This document shows positions 35,272-47,690 of a stretch of DNA of 64,000 bases, piece by piece (position 1 is the stretch's first letter; the number at the start of each line of letters is the position of its first letter). Source of the stretch: Selaginella moellendorffii (lineage: Eukaryota > Plantae > Lycopodiophyta); the NCBI RefSeq assembly GCF_000143415.4, contig NW_003314262.1, positions 4,648,389-4,712,388 on the forward strand, written 5' to 3'. Below the pieces are notes generated by a model. That model made no database searches. It was not told the origin of the DNA and saw only the letters and a program-made list of their open reading frames with translations. A program made the position numbers and the translations under genes.

Positions 35272-37131
35272 CTATTTTGCAAGAGCTCCTTCATCCTTTG
35301 CGAGCTTGAGGATGCTCGAGAAGGTCACAAAGTACGAATCCCCGAGACCGGGCTCTTTCTCGACCACCTTCTTCGCAAGCTGGGCTCCCAGGGCTGCCGG
35401 ATCGACGTCGAGCTTGCAAGCGCTGAGCAGGCTCGTCCACGCGATCTCATCGGTGGTAAACGGCATGCTCGCAATCAGATCCTCGGCCTCTCGCGTCTTT
35501 CCGGCCCGCCCCAGCGCGTCCACCATGCAGTGGTAGTGCTCCACGTTTGGCAAGATCCCTCCAAGCCTCATGGAGTGGAAGTAGTTTCGAGCCTCGCGGA
35601 CGAGGCCCAAGTGCCGGCAAGCGCTCAAAACGTTGACAAAGGTGACGGAGTTTGCAACCAGGCCGTCCATTTCCATGTCGTGGAAGAGCTCCAGCGCCAA
35701 GGGGGCATGCCCGTTTTGGGCATATGCTTGGATCATGGTGTTCCAAGTCACTACATCCAACTCGGGCATTCTATCGAACAAGAGTCTCGCGATTCCAAGG
35801 CCGCCATTGAGAGTGTAGCTCGACATCAGGGTCGTCCATGCAACCACGTTTTTGAACGGCAGGGATTCGAAGAGAGCGCGGGCCTGCTGCGTGTGGCCGT
35901 GGATGCCGTAGGCCTGCAGGAGATTCGTCCAAGATACCACGTTTTGCTCCGGCATGGTGTCGAGCATCTGTGTTGCCACGGCCAGATTCCCGTTTTGGGC
36001 ATATGCCGAGAGCATCACGGTCCAGGAGACGACGTCGCGCTGCGGCATTTGGTCGAAGATGCTCTTGGCCTCGTGGAGATACCCTTCCCGGGAATATGCC
36101 TCGACCATGGCGGTCCACACGACGCGGTCCCTGTGCGGCATTCTGTCGAAGAACTCGCGAGCTTGCTCGAGATGGTTGCCGCACTCGACGTATGCGAAAC
36201 ACATCGTCGTCCATGAAACGATTGACTTGTGAGGGATTCGGTCGAAGATCTTGCGTGCCTCGAGGAGATTCCCGAGGCGGGAATATGCTTGCAGGATCGT
36301 GTTCCAGGCGATCTCGTCCTTAACGGGCATGTCGTCGAAGATTCTCCGAGCGTCTTGGATCCTTCCGGACTCAGCGAGGGCCTGGATGATCGTCGTCCAG
36401 GAAACTTCGTTCTTTTGCGGCATCTCCTCAAAGATTTTCAAAGCCTCGTCAAGATGCCCGTTTGTGGCAAATGCTCGAACCATCGCTGTCCACGAGACGA
36501 CGGTCTTGTGCTTGATATTTTCGAAGTATTTTCTTGCCTGGAGGATATTTCCAGCTCTTGCGTATGCTGATGCGATTGTCGTCCATGTCCGGTCATTGGG
36601 GCTTTCCATCTTTTCAAGCAGCGCTCTCGCTTTGTCCATATGCCCGGTTTGGGCATATGCATTGATCATCGCGTTCCATGCCACGACATTCTTTTCAGGG
36701 ATGCTCTCGAAAATATCTAGCGCTTTCTGTATATCACCTTTTTCACCGAACGCAGCGATCATGAACGTCCACGATGCAATGTTGCATGGCGACGTATGGA
36801 GCATGTCCGTTGCTTTGTCAAGATGCCCGTTTCGGGCATATGCGGTGATCAGGATATTCCAGGAGTAGGCATTTGGATATGTGATCTCGTCGAACACGCG
36901 CTGTGCGTCGACGAGGCTCCCGCATTTGCCGTACATGTCCATGAGAAAGTTGGCCACGAATCGATCGTTGGTGAGGTCGATGGCATTGCGAATTTCCGCG
37001 TGGAGTTTCCGGCCTTGGTGAAGATCACGGCACGATTTTAAGATCTGGACGTAGTGCGAGGGCAAATCGTGATTGGGAATGCGATTGAGAGGAGAAGGTG
37101 CAATCGATGTGTCTAAAACCCAGACTTTCAT
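35272..37131 (-). CDS. PLS-class PPR protein with E domain, no DYW
   Basis: 619-aa ORF with 31-aa repeats (VSWT.M..AYAQNGH..A..IFD.MP) and HYHCMVDALGRAG..IASMPF..WTSLLSACK. Confidence 0.92.
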   Translation of the reverse strand: MKVWVLDTSIAPSPLNRIPNHDLPSHYVQILKSCRDLHQGRKLHAEIRNAIDLTNDRFVANFLMDMYGKCGSLVDAQRVFDEITYPNAYSWNILITAYARNGHLDKATDMLHTSPCNIASWTFMIAAFGEKGDIQKALDIFESIPEKNVVAWNAMINAYAQTGHMDKARALLEKMESPNDRTWTTIASAYARAGNILQARKYFENIKHKTVVSWTAMVRAFATNGHLDEALKIFEEMPQKNEVSWTTIIQALAESGRIQDARRIFDDMPVKDEIAWNTILQAYSRLGNLLEARKIFDRIPHKSIVSWTTMCFAYVECGNHLEQAREFFDRMPHRDRVVWTAMVEAYSREGYLHEAKSIFDQMPQRDVVSWTVMLSAYAQNGNLAVATQMLDTMPEQNVVSWTNLLQAYGIHGHTQQARALFESLPFKNVVAWTTLMSSYTLNGGLGIARLLFDRMPELDVVTWNTMIQAYAQNGHAPLALELFHDMEMDGLVANSVTFVNVLSACRHLGLVREARNYFHSMRLGGILPNVEHYHCMVDALGRAGKTREAEDLIASMPFTTDEIAWTSLLSACKLDVDPAALGAQLAKKVVEKEPGLGDSYFVTFSSILKLAKDEGALAK

Positions 37132-37185
37132 TTGAAGATCTCAGTCATTTCTAAAACGTATGATCATGATATGTTCTTGGGTGTG

Positions 37186-38401
<1,216 letters not shown>

Positions 38402-40488
38402 TGCACGCCAACAACCCTAAAGAGGAACCCTAAAGTTCTCCAAAGTAAGTCAACACTTAAAAGTATATATAGAAGTATGTAGACAAAACTGGCAACTACA
38501 AAATCCCGACCCCTTGGGACATAGAAAAGAAGCTCTAATATGCCCAATGACTTGAGAATATTGTGCACACAAAAGCTCATTAAAAGGAGAGTCGATATCC
38601 TTCCTAAAATAACAACACATGAGCAACTGGTCAAATATTTACGTACTTACCTCCCTGAAAGAGCACACGATACGCATGCTGGACTTTCTTATTTTTCTCA
38701 GGAGCTGCGTCAAGAATGAGCGATTTCCAATCGTTTCTAGCATTCTTTAGCCTCGTGACAACACTCAAGGTGAAGTTATTGAGGCGATCAGAATCCCATC
38801 CCCATTCAGCATCCTGAAGCTCAAGATTTGAATTCAAAGATCATGAAAAAACTAAATACCCGTGGGAAGAAAAAAGTCATGCTGTCCACTGCTGTGTGCT
38901 TCCATCCTGGATTTGTAACAATGTAGTCCCCAATGTCTTTGTTAGATGCTGCTTGAAAATGTTCCATCCCAGATTATCTATTCGCTGGCTGTGAAATCGC
39001 TGAAGCCCTAGTAGCGCGACCACGGTCGGGGAGTAGCGTCAGTGGGCTAGAGTGCGGCGCTTGCACTTCGACGCCATGCCCGTCTTGGGCATACATTGCG
39101 TTCCAAGTTGAAGATCGATCTTTCGGCAGCGCCCATCGAGCGAGAGAAGACCGCGAGCTGATTGACGCAGCATCTGCTACAGCGCTGGAAGAAGCCAGCC
39201 ACACCTTTGAACGAAAAATACCAATCGACAACCATTGCCGGTGCTGCCCTTCCTTCTTTAGATCGTTGAGAAGAGCCACGTCTTCCAGCGACACCTATGC
39301 GGCACTTCCAGTGGAAATGAGAGAATGGCTACTTTCCTTACACCACTGCGCGCTACCACAAGATCATTTTAGGGGCTTAAGAAACTGTCGCATTGTGACA
39401 TCATCCAACAGCCCAGTTCACACTTGAAAAGATATTTAAAGTTCTTTGAAGAATTGTTATATAAATTGTTTTAATGTTTTTTTTTGTAAGGCATGGGTTT
39501 TTTATTGGAGGTAGCCATGATTGTTAAAAAATTAAGAATTTCTTGGTAGTATATTTTGATTTTTTTCTATGTTAATCTTTTAGTTTTTCAATTGTAGGAT
39601 TAATAATAAATGCTTTTTTATAATTATTTAATGAAACAAAAGTGAAACTATAAAATGTTTACACTCATTTTAGTTTAAGTATGTTTTTCTTTTTACAATA
39701 TTTATTTAATAAAAAACACAAAGAAATTATTTCAATATGATGTCATAAAATAAAATAAAAATCAAAAAATAGTAAAACACCTAGAAGATGTATTCTTCCT
39801 CCCATGCACTATAGCCCAAAGATTTCTCACCTAACATTCCTCCTTAACTAAAATTGATGTAAAAAACTAAAAGAAATGATTTGAAAGACAATTTGTAAAG
39901 ATTGAAATATAAAAGAAAAGGGTTTATGAATAAAAATGTATCATTTTTTTAATTTGTTAAAAATTTTGAAATATTTAAATTTAAGTGTCCTTAGTTTTGA
40001 ATAATACTCGGTTAGGTGACTTCCTAAAAAATCTAAATTCATGAAGTTACATTTGGTATTAAAGAAGAATTGTGTTCGATTTTGTTAGTTAGTAGGACAC
40101 TATCACTAGTCAAACCTAAAAGTAAAAAATTAAACATTTATATGGAGGAAAAACGTTATTTTCCAAGAATTTTTATTCTTTATAAATAATGGACTAAATT
40201 AATATCTCATGTATATAAATAAATTCTTCAAAGAGTTCATAGTTTTATTGTTTAGTTTAATGAGGGTAGGCATTCAAAAAACATCCCAAAAAGTTTAAAA
40301 TGAATAAAGTTTTATAAGATTTTAATACAGAAAATATAATTTCACTAAACTTAATAAAATAGTAGTTTTTATTATGATTTGATTAAATTAATATTGGTTT
40401 GAGGTTATATTGTAATGTCAGAGGAAATTTTTGGAAGTAGAATATTTTTAAGATGGAAGATCTAAGTAGGTCCAACTTCCAAGATACA

Positions 40489-42183
40489 CTAGGTATCAGG
40501 CTGTTGAGGCTTCACTGTAAACTTGAGAAGTGTAAGTTCGTGGAGTCGACCTTGCACAAGAAATCCAGCCATGGCAATATAGGCCTCAGGGTTCTCAGGC
40601 TCTCGCATCATCACCTCCTCTGCTGCCACCATCCCCTGCTCCATGTCGCCGTGGATACGGCACGCGTTCATCACCGAGGTCCAGACCACCTCGTTTGCAA
40701 CACAGGGCATGGCATACAAGAGCTCGATTGCATCACTGATCCGCCCGGTCCTTGCCAGGAGATCGATCACGCATCCAAAGTGCTCCCTCGCTGGCTTGAT
40801 CTCGAACTCCTGGATCATCGACACGAATTGTTTGATGCCGTGATCAATGAGCCCGCCGTGGCTGCACGCTGCGAGCACGCCCAAGAACGTAATCGCATCG
40901 GGAGAGATCTCCTTCTCGTCGGTCATCTCACGGAAAAGATCTAGCGCATCGCAAGAATGCCCATTCTGGGCAAATGCTGCGATCATGGAGCTCCACGCCA
41001 CTGGATCTCTTGTCACAACTGAATCAAACAACCGCTTTGCGAAATCTATCATCCCGGATCTCGCGTAGAGATTGATCATCGCAGTGCCGATGACAGCATC
41101 GCCCTTGAGCATCGAGGGATTGATCAACGAGTGGATGTGTTGCCCAGTCTCGATCGCGCCCACGCTCGCGCACGCATCCAGGACCGTCGCGTAGGTCTTG
41201 GCATTGGGCGCGAGATCCATCGCCGAGAAGGTCTCGATCGCGGCAACGCCATGCCCGTTCTGGGCATACGCCGCGATCATCGCGTTCCAGGCCACCAGAT
41301 CCCGCAAGAACAGCCAATGATCGAAGATCTCTTTCGCGCGATCGATCTTCCCGCAGCGGCCATAGAGCGTGAGGAGAGCGGTTGCAAGGATCTGGCAGTG
41401 GAGCAGCCCCTCTTGCGCGATCCGGCAGTGGAGCCACTCCCCCTGGCGGAGATCCCTCGCCAGGGCGCTGGCATCTACCGCGGTGACGAACGCGATCTCG
41501 TCCGGTGGAGAATCCATCGCCCGGAAGATCTCCAGCGCCTCCCTGGGTCGCGAATTCTGGGTGTATGCCGCGATGAGAGACGTCCAGCAGCAAGCGTCCC
41601 TCTCGCCCTGGTAATCGTCGAAAGCCCTCTTCGCCTCCTCCAAGCGCCCAAATCCGCCATAGCTCCTCACCAGCGCAGTGGCGAGGACGCGATCGCTGGA
41701 GCACTCGATTCGCGTGCGATCGTGGAGCGAGCGCAGGGATTCCAGGCTGGGGATCCCGCGGAGGAGGAGCGTGAGGATGGGGCGATGGATCGGCCCAGCA
41801 CCCAGCTCCCACATCCGATCGAAGAGCTCCAGTGCCTCGTCCAAGTGCCCGGCCTGGGCATACGCCGCGATGACGATGTTCCAGGAGTGGGAGTTCTTCC
41901 AGGGGATGGAATCGAAGGCGCGGCGCGCGTCGGCGAGGCTGGAGCAGCGCGCGTAGGTCTGGACGAGGAGATTGGCGAGGAAGATGTCGTCCTTGAATCC
42001 ACTGCGCGTGAGATGTGCGTGGATTCGCTTGGCGGAGTCGAGGGATTTCTCCCGCCCGCATTGGTGGAGGAGCGGCGGATAGGAGGCGCGATCCGCGAAG
42101 AGGTTGCGCTCCAGCGCCTCCAGCGCCGCTGGAAGGCTTGTTTGTAACAGTCGCCGCGCGGCATTTGTAGAGAGCGCGGGCAT
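40489..42183 (-). CDS. PLS-class PPR protein with E domain
   Basis: 564-aa intronless ORF with WNAMIAAYAQNGH repeats and HFGCVIDLLARTG..AMPC..WTSVMNACRIHGD. Confidence 0.92.
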   Translation of the reverse strand: MPALSTNAARRLLQTSLPAALEALERNLFADRASYPPLLHQCGREKSLDSAKRIHAHLTRSGFKDDIFLANLLVQTYARCSSLADARRAFDSIPWKNSHSWNIVIAAYAQAGHLDEALELFDRMWELGAGPIHRPILTLLLRGIPSLESLRSLHDRTRIECSSDRVLATALVRSYGGFGRLEEAKRAFDDYQGERDACCWTSLIAAYTQNSRPREALEIFRAMDSPPDEIAFVTAVDASALARDLRQGEWLHCRIAQEGLLHCQILATALLTLYGRCGKIDRAKEIFDHWLFLRDLVAWNAMIAAYAQNGHGVAAIETFSAMDLAPNAKTYATVLDACASVGAIETGQHIHSLINPSMLKGDAVIGTAMINLYARSGMIDFAKRLFDSVVTRDPVAWSSMIAAFAQNGHSCDALDLFREMTDEKEISPDAITFLGVLAACSHGGLIDHGIKQFVSMIQEFEIKPAREHFGCVIDLLARTGRISDAIELLYAMPCVANEVVWTSVMNACRIHGDMEQGMVAAEEVMMREPENPEAYIAMAGFLVQGRLHELTLLKFTVKPQQPDT

Positions 42184-42213
42184 TTACATTGCAAATGGGA
42201 GGGGATAACGGGC

Positions 42214-42384
42214 AATGCCGCGGGTACCGCACTGCACAGTTCGAATAGTACCGCACGGTACGCTATTAAGTAGCTTGCAACCGATTGTACTCCTTTTTCA
42301 GCTTCAGCTTGAACAGTACCGAATGGCTCGTTACTATAGTGCCGCGCGGTATACAGCCTGAGCTCAACAGTACCGCGCGGCACT
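42214..42384. repeat. GC-rich palindromic motif array with a perfect 14-bp inverted repeat
   Basis: AGTGCCGCGCGGTA (42338-42351) pairs with TACCGCGCGGCACT (42371-42384). Related GTACCGCACGGTAC at ~42248. Decayed paralogue at ~47535-47665. Confidence 0.75.
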
Positions 42385-42394
42385 CTTCTTTTTT

Positions 42395-42975
42395 TCATGC
42401 TATGACTTTGTAAGGATTAAAAATTCCATTTGGAGCGAGCATAGCTTTCATCTTTCTCATGAGTTCTATACCTGCGAGAAGAAGAGCAAAAGTTTCCAGA
42501 GCTTTTTGGAAGAAGTCGAATTTACCGTCTGGGGACTCCAGTGAATTGCGTGGGCTTTCATGAAGCCCAGCCCGTGCTCGGCGCTTACACTTCCTTTGTG
42601 CACGGCAGTCCACTCGTACACGAATGGTTCTATCTTTGCGAGAAGCTGTTCGTCAAGTCCAGAGGTTTTAGAGACGAAAACACTTGGAGCGGAGATGATT
42701 TCCATCGCCGAGGCTATGATCCTTCTGTTCAAAAGAACTTAAGTCTACATTTCACTATTTGTTACCGAGCCGTTCACGAAGAAGTTTTTCGTGCGAGCAA
42801 AACAAGAGAGTTGTTCTATAAACAGTACCAATCTGCCCGAGTAGCTCGATCGTCACATCGGTATGCTAAATGCCCTTCTACAAGACAAAGTAAAACAATT
42901 AGCGGAAAGAAATAGAAATCGATACATAGCTTCTGGTATCACTCCCGGCGAATCACGCAAGGCGATTTGAAAGCG
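42395..42975 (-). pseudogene. Deletion remnant fusing a VPS26 5' fragment to a D2HGDH 3' fragment
   Basis: 42395-42783 matches the D2HGDH 3' end ([16 protein letters not shown]; NPYKVIA) with small deletions. 42781-42975 matches VPS26 at 51067-51415. Confidence 0.9.
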
Positions 42976-43063
42976 TAATATAAACAAAGATCATTACGTG
43001 GCACAATGTGGAAGTGACACCTGTCACATTATTCTCGTATCTACTTAGAACCGTATACGCGTA

Positions 43064-43607
43064 TTAAAAGGTTGTGGAAGCAAAGCTTGGACGAAACTCT
43101 TTGCAGCATTCGATGTTTCCGTTGTCATTGTAGAGGCAATCTTTGAGGTCGATGGTGCTGGTCACAGTGCTTCCGTCCTTGGCCTTGCAAGTTGCACTGA
43201 AATCGCGTTCATTGAAAAAGAGATCTGCTTCTAAATGGAATTCGCTGCATTTTGAGTAGTACCCAACGTTGGGGTAAAAAGACTCGCCGTAGTTGTTGCA
43301 AGTGAGCGTCCCGTCGGGCTTCACCTGGAGGCACCATGCCAAGTCGATGCTCGTGGGAGCATAGAAGCGGCCTGAGCTCCTTTGGCACTCGAGCACCAGC
43401 CTTGTGGCGCCGAGTACTTTCGGGTCACGGCATGATTTGTGGAATCCTCCACACTGCACAATGGTCAAACAAGCGACACACGCTCCACTTTAAGTACTAA
43501 GAAGAACAATATCATCGACTCACAGTGGCCTGTGATGGAGTGCCCATGAGAAGCAGGACCATGAAGGAGGTGAGGAGGAGGAGAGGAAACAGGGGCGATG
43601 ATGCCAT
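43064..43607 (-). CDS. Secreted cyanovirin-N homologue (CVNH) lectin; 2 exons, 157 aa
   Basis: Exon 1 (43524-43607) MASSPLFPLLLLTSFMVLLLMGTPSQAT is a signal peptide. GT-AG intron 43454-43523. Exon 2 has two CVNH half-repeats (GFHKSC..LECQRSSG..TSIDL..DGTL; SKC..SATCKAKDG..TSTIDLKDCLYNDNGNI). TATAAAA at 43651-43657. Confidence 0.85.
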
Positions 43608-43774
43608 GGCTTTGAGAAACGTGGATGCAAGCGTGTTCTCAGCTCTGCGTTTTTATAGGGCTAGCTTTTGCTAGGCTCATGAATGATTGAAAACAACATC
43701 TGACCAGCTGTGTGGGACCTGCAAACATTTAATTAATATCAATTTCCAAAAGGCTGTAGATCCAATATATCTTG

Positions 43775-45480
43775 GTTGTCATTTTGTCCAGTGGGAGAGC
43801 CCAGATTATAGGCAATAGAGCTTGCTTTGGATATGGGAACATCTGACTAGACGTCTCCATTTTGAAGATTGGGAAATTGATGCATTTTAAATAGGGTCTT
43901 ATTTTGGTATTATTTTAATGTGGTCCACCAAATATTAAATATATGGTCCCAAACTAACAGTTGAGCATGATGTAGATGTCAAGCTTTCTCTCACTGCTTC
44001 TTTTAATTGCTTATTGTTAATTAATTATGGCATAAAATAAATTCATTTCTTTTAAATATAGCTAATGAATAACACCTTGAATATGGAGATAATGTTTAAC
44101 TACCTTATTGAAATATTATCATAATACTATAAAAATATGATTTACTTAAGTATTATATACTAAAAAAACTTATATAACTATAACAATTAACTTAAATTTA
44201 TATTAAATATTACATAATAGAATATACTAAATATTCAGATATATTCTTATGTATTTGATAAAACTTAGAACTTTTCAATTATAAATTTCAAATTTCATAT
44301 TTTTAGGAGCTCATCATAAACAGAAAGAAAGATGACATAATTATTAATAAAATTATAAAGGAAGAAGAAGAGGAGATGACACAAAATCCTAAAAACCATA
44401 TAGCATATGCATGTATATAGTAAGGTTTGAGTTTGAATCATATTATAGATAATGATAATGAAATACACTCTAAGACATACAAAGAGATGGCAAATATATG
44501 ATATCATTTCTAAAATATTTTAAATCCACGATATATAATTGTCATTTTGTCCAGCAAGAGAGCCTAGATTATAGGGTAATGGAGATTGCTTTGGGAATTT
44601 AGATCAAAGCCACTGATTCCACTAAAAATCTAATTAATGCATTTTAAATTTGAGAGTTTATACTTTGGAGGATCTTATTTTGGCATAATTTTGATGTGGT
44701 CCACAAAATATTAAATATATAGTCATTACCAACCAACTATTAGTCCCAACAAATAAGCTGAGCATGATATAGCTGTCAAGCTTTGACATAAAGATGGTTG
44801 TAAAAAAAGTCATTTTCATAATAAGATGATAGTTTATCCTATTACCTGTTTTATTTTTTCTCTCTGATTGCTTCTTTATATTGAATATTTTTAATTAATA
44901 AGATAATTTTTTTATGTTTATCTGATGAATAAAACCTTGAATATGATTATGAAGGTAATGCTAGAGGATAATTAACAACATTATTAAATTATTTTCATAA
45001 TACTATATAAAAAATATTTCAATTGTATTTAAATTTAAGTATTATATGCTATGAAAACTTTTTACAATTATAAAAAATAATTTAAATTATATTAACTATT
45101 ATATAATAAAATATACTAAAATGTTTAGGTATATTCTAGATATACATTTTTGCTTAAGCAAAAAAAAAAAAATTAACTCAAGGATTGTAGATTTTAACAT
45201 CTTTCTGAGCAATAGAATTTTGAATGATAATTAACCCTTAACAGATCTTGATAAATCTACATTATAAATTTCTAATTTTTGGTATTTTAAGAACTCGTCA
45301 TCAAGAGAAAGGAAGACAATAAAAATACTGATAAAATTATAAAGAAAAGAAGATTTGTGTTGAACAAAATGTCCTAAAAACCCTACTTTTATACACCATG
45401 CATAATAGGTAGGTTTTGGGTTTGAATCCAATAAATAAACTTGAATCCTATTGTAAACAATGCAAATACATGATATCAGC
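43775..45480. repeat. Tandem duplication (~0.75-0.9 kb unit) of AT-rich sequence upstream of CVNH
   Basis: GTCATTTTGTCCAG..GAGAGCC.AGATTATAG at 43778 and 44541; TCTTATTTTGG..ATGTGGTCCAC.AAATATTAAATATAT at ~43897 and ~44673; TGAGCATGAT.TAG.TGTCAAGCTTT twice. Confidence 0.8.
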
Positions 45481-46377
45481 TCCTCCCCTTTTATGCCAAA
45501 CTAAGTGGCAACTAAAGTGATGGGCTTGAGTGGATAAATACTAATAGAAATCTAACCAACTCAGAAAAATGGGAAACAGGCTTCCAAGTTAGTTGAGTAC
45601 CTGAGCCAATTGACTGGATAATAGAGCTTGTGATACCTGTACATAGAATCAAAGAATTGGTCGCAACTTTAAATCTAGTTTATTAGTGGTGAAACACAAG
45701 TAAAATTAGAAGAGGTGATATAGTATACAAGGATTAAGTTAGTGAGAACAATTTGCAACATGGTGATAAATAGTTTAAACACAAAAAGGTGTTAGTGAAC
45801 TTTCTTATGACAAGAATTTAAAATAATTGCATAAATGGTAAGATTAAGTATTAGAGGAAAAAAGTATGATTAAAGAGTAGTGAAGAATAAAGTGTGATGT
45901 GTCAAGAGTGGCGAGAATTGGTATAAGAAAATTCACAGTAGAAAGAAAAAGATCAATCCAATTATTATATTGATGAGAAATAAAACATTGAAAATACTAC
46001 TCAAGAGTTCTCACCATCTAGTATATATAGCTAATTATGTTGATGAAAAAGTCAATCCCAAAACTAATGGAATTCCAAAAGAAATGAATTCATGAACTTC
46101 TTGAACAAATGAATCATTGGCTTGAGTTACTTCAATCAACAATTTGAGGCAGTGATCAAACCATTTCAATCTAATGCAAAGAAATACTAGTAATTAAGGT
46201 AAAAATCTATCAACTATATATAGGAGAGAATTATGTGAGATAATTGATTTAGAAGTAAAAAGAATTAAAGAGTGTATAATATTGAAGAGAGAAAGAGGGA
46301 GTGAAATAATTATAAGTAAAAAATCAGCTTACAGACTAGTTAAACTAGTTTAACTGGTTCTTAGCCTTGTTGACTCA

Positions 46378-46520
46378 CACCACACCCTCTAGAACATCAT
46401 CATAATGGTATATGCTCATACTGGGCACTTCAAAGAAGCATTAGAGCTCTTTGATTAAATCTGGGAGTTGGGCATTGTTGGCCTGTTCCATCATCTTATC
46501 CTCACACTCCTCTGTGGGAT
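46378..46520 (+). pseudogene. Inverted, deaminated fragment of a PLS-PPR related to 41756-41895
   Basis: GAACATCATCATAATGGTATATGCTCATACTGGGCACTT..AGAGCTCTTTGAT..ATCCTCACACTCCTC..GGGAT aligns to the coding strand of the 40489-42183 PPR. Confidence 0.7.
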
Positions 46521-46869
46521 TTATTATTCTTAAATGCAGCACTTTACAATTTTTTTGCATGGATTTGCTTTGCAAAATTTAGAGATTCACGAGAAAAATC
46601 TTTGAATCCAATGAAATGAGTGTGGATTATTGAAAATTCAATTATAAACATAAAATTTATAATATAAAAGTGAGAGTCTTGCCATTTTATTGCACATTAA
46701 ATTTCAAGCGTTAAATTTAGAATCCTTTTTTGCCACATAATTGCAATTTTTGCTACATCAGCAATACCCCAGGCTATGTAAACTTTGCCAAATCACTATC
46801 TATGTGGATAATAAATGCTTATCAGCAAGGAATTGAGATCATTAATTCTAATAGTTAAATAGCAAGCTT

Positions 46870-47045
46870 CCTAGATCACATTGCTTGCCAGCTGCTCACT
46901 CTCATTTGTGCTACCTCATGCTGCTCACTACTACTCATGCTACTCATTGTTGCTTGCTTGGCTCACTGCTGCTTGTGCTGCTCCCTATTGCTTGCTTGGC
47001 TCCTGCTTGCTCAACTCGCACTGCTCGCTACTACTCACTAGTGGC
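46870..47045. repeat. Low-complexity (TGC/CTCA)-rich tract
   Basis: Repeated TGCTGCTCAC/TTGCTTG units. Confidence 0.6.
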
Positions 47046-47394
47046 TGGAGCTGGATTAATGTGAGTGGTAGAGGGCTTGTGCTTATGATGATAAGCTCTG
47101 ATTCAAGCACGTCTTGGAGTTCAATGAGCTCAATGTGATACCAGAGGAGCCCTCAGCCCACAAGGAATCCAGATGATATACACACCATTACTCTGTGATT
47201 TTACACGCTACTAAACCTCAAAGAAAGAAAAAAAAAAAAAGATTAGTAAAAAGATTTTAAAGAGATTGAAAAATAGAATGTTCGAAAAAATTGTTATATT
47301 ATTCTTTGCAAAATCTATATAAATGCTCGCATCAAAACTTATCAATCAAATGAAGGAAACAACATAAGCAATGTGATCTGAAAAATTGGCTACC

Positions 47395-47535
47395 GCTGTG
47401 GATTGCCCGCATTGGTGGAAGAGGTTGCGTTTCAGTGCCTCCAGCGCCGTTGGAAGGCTTCTTTGAAACAGTCGCCGCGCGGCACTTGCAGAGAGCGCGG
47501 GCATTTACTCGCTTACATTGCAAATGGGAGGCAAT
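47395..47535 (-). pseudogene. Truncated duplicate of the 5' end of the 40489-42183 PPR
   Basis: GCCTCCAGCGCCG.TGGAAGGCTT.TTTG.AACAGTCGCCGCGCGGCA.TTG.AGAGAGCGCGGGCATTTAC matches 42115-42188; the rest is missing. Confidence 0.85.
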
Positions 47536-47690
47536 AATACCGTGCGGTATACAGCTCGAATAGTACCACGCGGTACGCTACTTAAGATCCAACAGTACTG
47601 CCCGGCACAATTTTTTCATCTTAACGGGTAGTGTCGCGCGGTGTACAGCTTGAGCTCGACAGTGTACGTGTCTTTTCTTTTCGTTTTTTT

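Noticed and set aside
38560-39300. Exon-like pieces and a WNAMYAQDGHG PPR-like scrap upstream of RPN11
   Set aside because: Cannot be assembled into a gene; too degenerate to name.
42214-42384. Palindromic repeats with spacers as a CRISPR-like array or bacterial terminator
   Set aside because: Eukaryotic context, irregular spacing, few units and no cas genes.
45480-46370. Purine-rich stretch resembling a decayed gag
   Set aside because: No ORF or diagnostic motif could be confirmed.
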